A stretch of 64,000 nt of DNA from Owenia fusiformis (lineage: Eukaryota), in assembly GCA_903813345.2 (NCBI GenBank), contig CAIIXF020000001.1, positions 36,580,001-36,644,000 of the forward strand, given 5' to 3'. Below are positions 58,344 to 64,000 of this stretch, one piece after another; the stretch's first letter is position 1, and every line of letters starts with the position of its first letter. The notes beneath the pieces are model-generated. The model worked only from the letters and a program-made list of their open reading frames with translations. It was not told the DNA's origin and ran no database searches. Position numbers and translations under genes: made by a program.

Positions 58344-58735
58344 AGAGTCCATTTCACTGCTTCATTGCGTCAGTAGAACGGCAAAAATAAGAAATTGGGA
58401 GACCATTGTGCAATAATATATGGAAAAGTCTATTCATAATGTATATGAATGACATTTGTATATTTCAGATTTTTTAGTTTTTTGTGCAATAAGCCTGTGC
58501 CGTCTTGTAATTTGAAGAATTTCAGCCATGTTAATCTTATTGAAAATAACATGGCAGAGAAGCATCCAAATATAAGAGGCCACACACTTTATAAGCCAAA
58601 CTAGAAGCAATCCAAGATATACAAATGTCATTCATGTACAATAGGAATATATTTTTCCATATATCATTGCAAAATGATATTTTGATTTCTAATTTTGTAG
58701 CTTTTACTGACGCAGTTAAACAGTGAATGGACTCT
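58344..58735. mobile_element. TIR MITE
   Basis: AGAGTCCATT.CACTG..TGCGTCAGTA / TACTGACGCA..CAGTGAATGGACTCT; absent from the first copy of the duplication. Confidence 0.8.
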
Positions 58736-58795
58736 GACTGGCTGTAAATTCTTAGTTAGCGATCCAGAAGATGTGAACTAATACACTGATCACTA

Positions 58796-59032
58796 CAGTT
58801 GGGGACAAAAATAAATGACAGGTCGATTTTCGATCACCATTTCCTAATTATGGTGGTCTGAAAGCCCATAATTTCCAATATTGTCTAGATATATATCCCT
58901 TAAAATTTGTATATTTTACATTTTGTATAATCACATCCACTGATGTATGGCCTCTTGTAAATTCTCTTATTTTTAACATGGGAAATCCTCACTTCAGCAA
59001 ATCCACCTGTCATTTATTTATGTCCCCAACTG
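58796..59032. mobile_element. Tc1/mariner-like MITE
   Basis: TA|CAGTTGGGGACAAAAATAAATGACAGG / CCTGTCATTTATTTATGTCCCCAACTG|TA. Confidence 0.88.
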
Positions 59033-59298
59033 TATATGTGTGTTTTGGAATTTTTGGTGAGGTAATAAGACCAAAACTCGCAATTCAAATTGTGATGTGG
59101 AAAAATGGCGGACATATGATTTCAAATTTTATGATTACGACATGACCAGTTGTTCATGCAGGAATATATCTTTACTGGAAGGCCGCGATACAGTGGCCTT
59201 AGAAGAAGGTAACCTTGGCCGAGCCTAGATCTAAAAAAATTATTGAATTTTTATTCATGCTCAAGAATAAAAGAAGAAAAAGAAGCAAGAAGGCTTAC

Positions 59299-59323
59299 CA
59301 TACAATTCTTTGGATGCCCACAT
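59299..59323 (-). CDS. Possible alternative first coding exon of the dystrophin-like gene (MWASKELY)
   Basis: ATG...G|GTAAGC phase-1 donor, in frame with the exon starting at 57044. Confidence 0.3.
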
Positions 59324-60095
59324 AATTCCTGGGAAGACTTTGGATATAGCACTACAGCTCCAAAGTGTTTGAATCACGCACAACTATATAAAGCGTGAAA
59401 TATCTAATTTCAAAATTAATATTTTTAAATTGTAAATTCAAAACGAGGCTGTTGTCCTAATTGATTTGTCAGAGATGACTAAGCAGATTTTCTTCTTTTC
59501 GCGACTAAAAGCTTCATTCAGTTCAAGTGAAAGACATGAAATAGAAAGCTTTTTATATTTCTCAATGGGAGTTTGTCAAATTTTAACTGGTAGAAGAAAT
59601 ATACGTTTATTTAGGTCATAATAGATGCATTCTAATGTTTGAGACATTTATGTTTATGAGCATGCGCAGATCGAATAGAATTAGATCCAGAAAGTGCGAG
59701 AAAGTTATTGCAAGGTGAATATTTGGAAAAGAAAGCAAAAGTTAAGACATATGCGTTTCAGTAAACAAAACAACACATTTGTAAGTATATTTACAATATA
59801 AACAGTATAGTCCAACCAATAGATTATCTCGTTCTGATCCATTATGAGAATATAAAAGGAAAGTGTAAACCTGTCAAAAAATTAAAAATTGCACTGGAGA
59901 TTATTTTTCAAAGCTGTTATTTGACATCATAGATGCTGGCAAAATTCTTTTGTATTGTAGGATCAGAAGCTCAATAAATATTCCTCAAGATGAGACACCT
60001 AATCTCTTCCCGGGAGCCTGTTTGTCCAAATATCATTGTTATCCAAACGCCAGGGGGGGGGTCACTGTGTACAAAATTCGGCGGGGGTCCTAGAC

Positions 60096-61063
60096 CCCGG
60101 GGGGTTCACTATATATAAACCTTGATGGGGATCCTCGGCGCATGTGGGGTACCCTTTTCAGCGTTTGGTATGGCAATGGACCCATATTTTAGGATTTGGT
60201 GGGAATGCCGGGATGCCCGGAAATTTCTGACTTCAGAGGTATGGCAATGGTCGGACTTTTGCTCTTCTGGTATGAGAATGGTCGTTGTAGATACGTTACC
60301 TAACATTCGTGGTATGGCATTGGTCCAGTAGTTGCAAATTTGAAGTTGTTTTGGATTGTTTCCTGAAGTATCTTCTTTTCCAGGGCCTTCTTCAACTTTT
60401 GAATTTTAGCCCTTTTCCCGGGAAATGAGGACCAATCATAGGCTTTGATGAAGTCTCGCGAGATTTTTCGTGATTTCAATACAAAACTTGCCGCCAAGAA
60501 AAATGGACGCTCGATTCGAAAAGTGGTTGATTTCCAACAATTTGAAGCTTATGGTATAGATAAGAGTAAGATGTTAAAAATAAAATATATTTAACTGAAT
60601 CCGAACATTTTATGTGATGTATCGCTATGAGTAAAAGTGTGAGTCGTGTTATTTTGGTCATTTATGACCCCAACTACAGTATGGCATTTGTCCTTGATTT
60701 GAGGTATGGCGATTGGTCCTGTATTTGCACATTTGTATGACATTGATCCTATATTTCATTTACTTTGAATTAAGGTATGGCATTGGTCCCATATTTGGAC
60801 ATTTGGTATGGCATTTGTCTTACATTTTGACATTTGGTATGGCATTGGTCCCATAATTGGGCATTTGGTATGGCATTGGTCCTATATTTAGACATTTGGT
60901 ATGGCATTGGTCCTATATTTGGACATTTGGTATGGCCTTTGGGCGTTATTTTGGTTGGTATGTGAACATATTGAAATTTGACAGATTGGTATGTGAACAT
61001 ATTGATATTTGAGGCTTCAGCCTAGGACCCCCGTCGAGTTTTATATACAGTGAACCCCCCGGG
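60096..61063. mobile_element. Same-family element inserted in inverted orientation, 8-bp TSD
   Basis: TIR CCCGGGGGGTTCACT / AGTGAACCCCCCGGG; TSD TCCTAGAC; internal about 30-bp GGTATGGCATTGGTCC repeats. Confidence 0.85.
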
Positions 61064-61364
61064 TCCTAGACTGAAGCCTGAGATATCAATATGTTCCCAT
61101 ACCAATTTGTCAAATTTCGATGTGTTCCCATACCAACCTATATAACACTCAAAAGCCATAACAAATTCAAATGTCCAAATATAAGACCATGGGCTCTACC
61201 ACCAATGTTTAATAAATATAAGGACCAATGCTATAATTGGTCAAAAGTAGAATACTTCCCAGGAAAAAAGCTTATATTTACACTGAAGAAGAATCCGAGA
61301 AGTAGGCGATCTTTGAGGAAAACATTCCAAAACAACCTCAAATTAAGGATATGTGTAACTACTA

Positions 61365-62965
61365 CAGGCCCGTAGCCAGGGGGGGCTCTGAGGGCTCGTC
61401 CGAGCCCCCCCCCTGATATCTCCTTAAAAAAATGTGGACCTACCTTTTTGCTTCCTTGAAGAAAAACTTGCTCTTCCCCACATTCACTAGGCAATTAAGA
61501 TTAAAAAACTGGCATTACTGTGCATTGTTTTTCAAATTTTGGCATTATTTTCCAAAATTTGGCCCAATTTTTTTTCGCGGAGATATTTGTGCCCCTTTCC
61601 CTCTGTTTTTTAGGATCATCCTTTGTGATTTGTTAAACATAGCCTTCTTCTTCTTGCGGTTCCAGGGGGGGGGGGGCATGGGGCCGCCCCCTATGATGGG
61701 CCCGGAAAAAAATGTTGGCCCGAAAATATTGTAGGGCCTCTTTAATGGGCCTTTTTTGGCATTAATTAATCTTATAGGGCCTTATTTTTTCAATTTCAGG
61801 CCAAATTTTCAAAAAAACGGGCTACAAATTTTCAAAATTTTGGTTTTAGGGCCTTAAAAATTTTTACACACGGATGGGTCCAGAAAAAATATATTTGGTC
61901 AAAAATATTGTAGGGCCTCTTTAGTTGGCCTTTACTTGACCTTTTTACTTGACCTTTTTGGGCCTTATTTTTTCAAATTTAGGCCAAATTTAAAAAAAAC
62001 GGGCCATAAATTCTCATAATTTTGGTTTTCCGCGCGGCCATAGGATGGGCCCAGAAAAAAATGTTGGCCCAGATATTTTTTCTGGGCCTCTTAAGTGGGC
62101 CTCTTTGGGCATTAATTGACCTTTTTGGGCTTTATTTTTTTCAATTTAAGGCCAAATTTTCAAAATAGGGGCCATAAATTTTCTAAATTTTTGCCCGAAT
62201 TTTGGTTTTAGGGCCCTAAAAATTTTACGCTGGCCCCTAGGATGGGCCTAGAAAAAAATTGTTTGGCCAAAACTATTGTAGGGCCTCTTTAGTTGGCCTT
62301 TTTACTTGACCTTTTTGGGCCTTATTTTTTCAATTTTAAGGCCAAATTTTCAAAAAACGGGTCATAAATTCTCATAATTTTGGTTCTAGGGTCCTAAAAG
62401 GTTTTCTACGCGGCCATAGGATTGGACCAGAAAAAAAATGTTGGCCCAAAGATATTGTAGGGCCTCTTTAGTGGGGTTTTTTGGGCATTACTTGACCTTT
62501 TTGGGCCTTATTTTTTGAATTTTAGGCCAAATTTTCAAATAATGGGCTAATTTTTAGAATTTTGCCCCAAATTTTGGTTTAAGGGCCCTAAAAGATTAAA
62601 TTTTCTGCGCTGCCCTATGATGGGCCCAGAAAAAATGTAGCCTTTTTGGGTATTACTTGACCTTTTTGGGCCATATTTTTTCAATTTTAGGCCAAATTTT
62701 CAAAAAACGTGCCAGAAATTTTCTAAATTTTGGCATAAATTTGGGTTTTAGGGCCCTAAAAAGTTTTTCCGTACAAGCGCAGATATTTTTTCCTGACTTG
62801 AAATGTTGGTCCCCCTTGTTAGCTTCCGGATCCGCCACTGTCCTTTACAATACAAAGGACTTTGTTTAGCATGGGGAATTCTTTTTTTTGGGGGGGGGGT
62901 TGCGTCGGGGGGTGGGAGGGGAGGGGTTTCGAGCCCCCCCTTACAAAAAGCTTGCTACGGGCATG
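61365..62965. mobile_element. hAT-like element with 6-bp TSD, containing a GGGCCC-rich tandem array (about 61690-62770)
   Basis: TIR CAGGCCCGTAGC / GCTACGGGCATG; TSD CTACTA; inner unit ends GGATCCGCCACTG at about 62840. Confidence 0.75.
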
Positions 62966-62998
62966 CTACTAGACCAATGCCATACCACAGGTGTGAGG

Positions 62999-63556
62999 TT
63001 ACTTAGTTTGCACAAAGCTATCTCCTGAGAGATAGCTTTGGATATGTTTATATACCCAGTCCATGTTAAAGGTCTTTTACAAAAATGTAAGAAATCGTGG
63101 GAACACGTACACTATTTCAATCGATGCATAACATTCAAAAGTATTGTTTTCCTAACCATATCATGCGATCCGGAGTCGGGAGACAGTATAATTGACGAAA
63201 AATGTATTTGGAACGTATTATTTTCCATATTTTCTAACCAGGAAGTCTGGCCAATGCGCATGCATATAACCGGAAGCGGAAATCTCATGGCATGGAGGCG
63301 CATGCGCATTACTCAACTTCCTGAAAAGCCATCTTGAAAATGATCAACTCCGATCAGATTTTCATCAAAATATTTCCTCTTCCACTCCGGATAGCCCGAT
63401 ATGGTTAGAAAAACAATACTTTAGAATGTTATACATCGAGTGAAGTAGCGTGTTTCCAAAATTTCTTACATTTTTCAAAAGACCTTTAAAACAGACTGGG
63501 AATATCAAGTTTTGCATAGCCATCAATCTAATGATGGCTATGTGCAAATATAGTAA
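62999..63556. mobile_element. Mutator-like MITE with long TIRs and 9-bp TSD
   Basis: TSD GGTGTGAGG (62990-62998 and 63557-63565); about 200-bp mirrored arms. Confidence 0.8.
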
Positions 63557-64000
63557 GGTGTGAGGTAACATATTTTCAGGGACCATTCTCGTACCAGGAA
63601 GTGGAAAATCTGTCCATTGCCATATCTCAGAAGTCATAATGTGGGGAGATTTTATACCAGGTCCTAAAATTTGGGTCAATTGCCTTACCAAATGTCAAAA
63701 AAGGTACCTCATGATCGCTGAGGATCCCCATCACGGTATATATACAGTGAACCCCCAAGGTGCTGACGTCACATTTTTGGAATGGAACCTTCAGATTTGG
63801 ATCTACATCAGACAAATGCCTGCTAATAAAATAAGCTCAAAAATGCAAATGGAATTATGGTCCAATGTATTCCCAGTAATATTAGATGGAGAATAACATG
63901 CGACTTTCGAGTCTAGTCAAATTACTTGGCTTGACCTAGGCTAATGGCATGTGGAACAAAAAAACATCAATACACTTTAAAACATTTTATTGACTGTAGC

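Larger units (their letters stand above)
57550..59220 (+). repeat. About 530-bp tandem duplication; second copy interrupted by two MITEs
   Basis: 57550-58078 matches 58080-58343 + 58736-58793 + 59035-59220. Confidence 0.85.
60050..63760. mobile_element. Outer TIR element (G-run + TCACT termini) hosting several nested insertions
   Basis: After removing the inserts it aligns to the reverse complement of 60096-61063; ends CAGTGAACCCCC. Confidence 0.7.

Noticed and set aside
59961..60048. Possible plus-strand exon after TTTTGTATTGTAG, suggesting a divergent gene
   Set aside because: Short, no recognisable protein and immediately broken by the transposon stack; cannot be supported without transcripts.

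Overview
AT-rich, intron-containing animal DNA; the repeat families suggest an invertebrate, possibly lophotrochozoan (inference). (1) The + strand carries the 3' 30 exons of XRN1 (5'-3' exoribonuclease 1; 1..40488, about 1552 aa in the window, all splice phases consistent; the 5' end lies outside the window). (2) Two paralogous class A GPCR genes with uninterrupted ORFs are nested antisense in the 19.5-kb XRN1 intron 9744..29271. (3) The - strand carries a convergent 16-exon, about 800-aa short dystrophin-superfamily gene (WW + EF-hand + ZZ + coiled coil, no spectrin repeats seen; 57210..44939). (4) Introns and intergenic DNA hold many non-autonomous DNA transposons, several nested, plus a decayed non-LTR RT fragment and minisatellites. 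The most unusual pattern is that three unrelated tandem repeats (96, 25 and 41 bp units) each start inside an XRN1 exon and multiply that exon's 5' splice donor, and a fourth array multiplies a branch-point-like motif before an acceptor of the dystrophin-like gene. No rRNA, tRNA or CRISPR array was recognised. Coordinates were counted by eye and may be off by a few bases for repeats.
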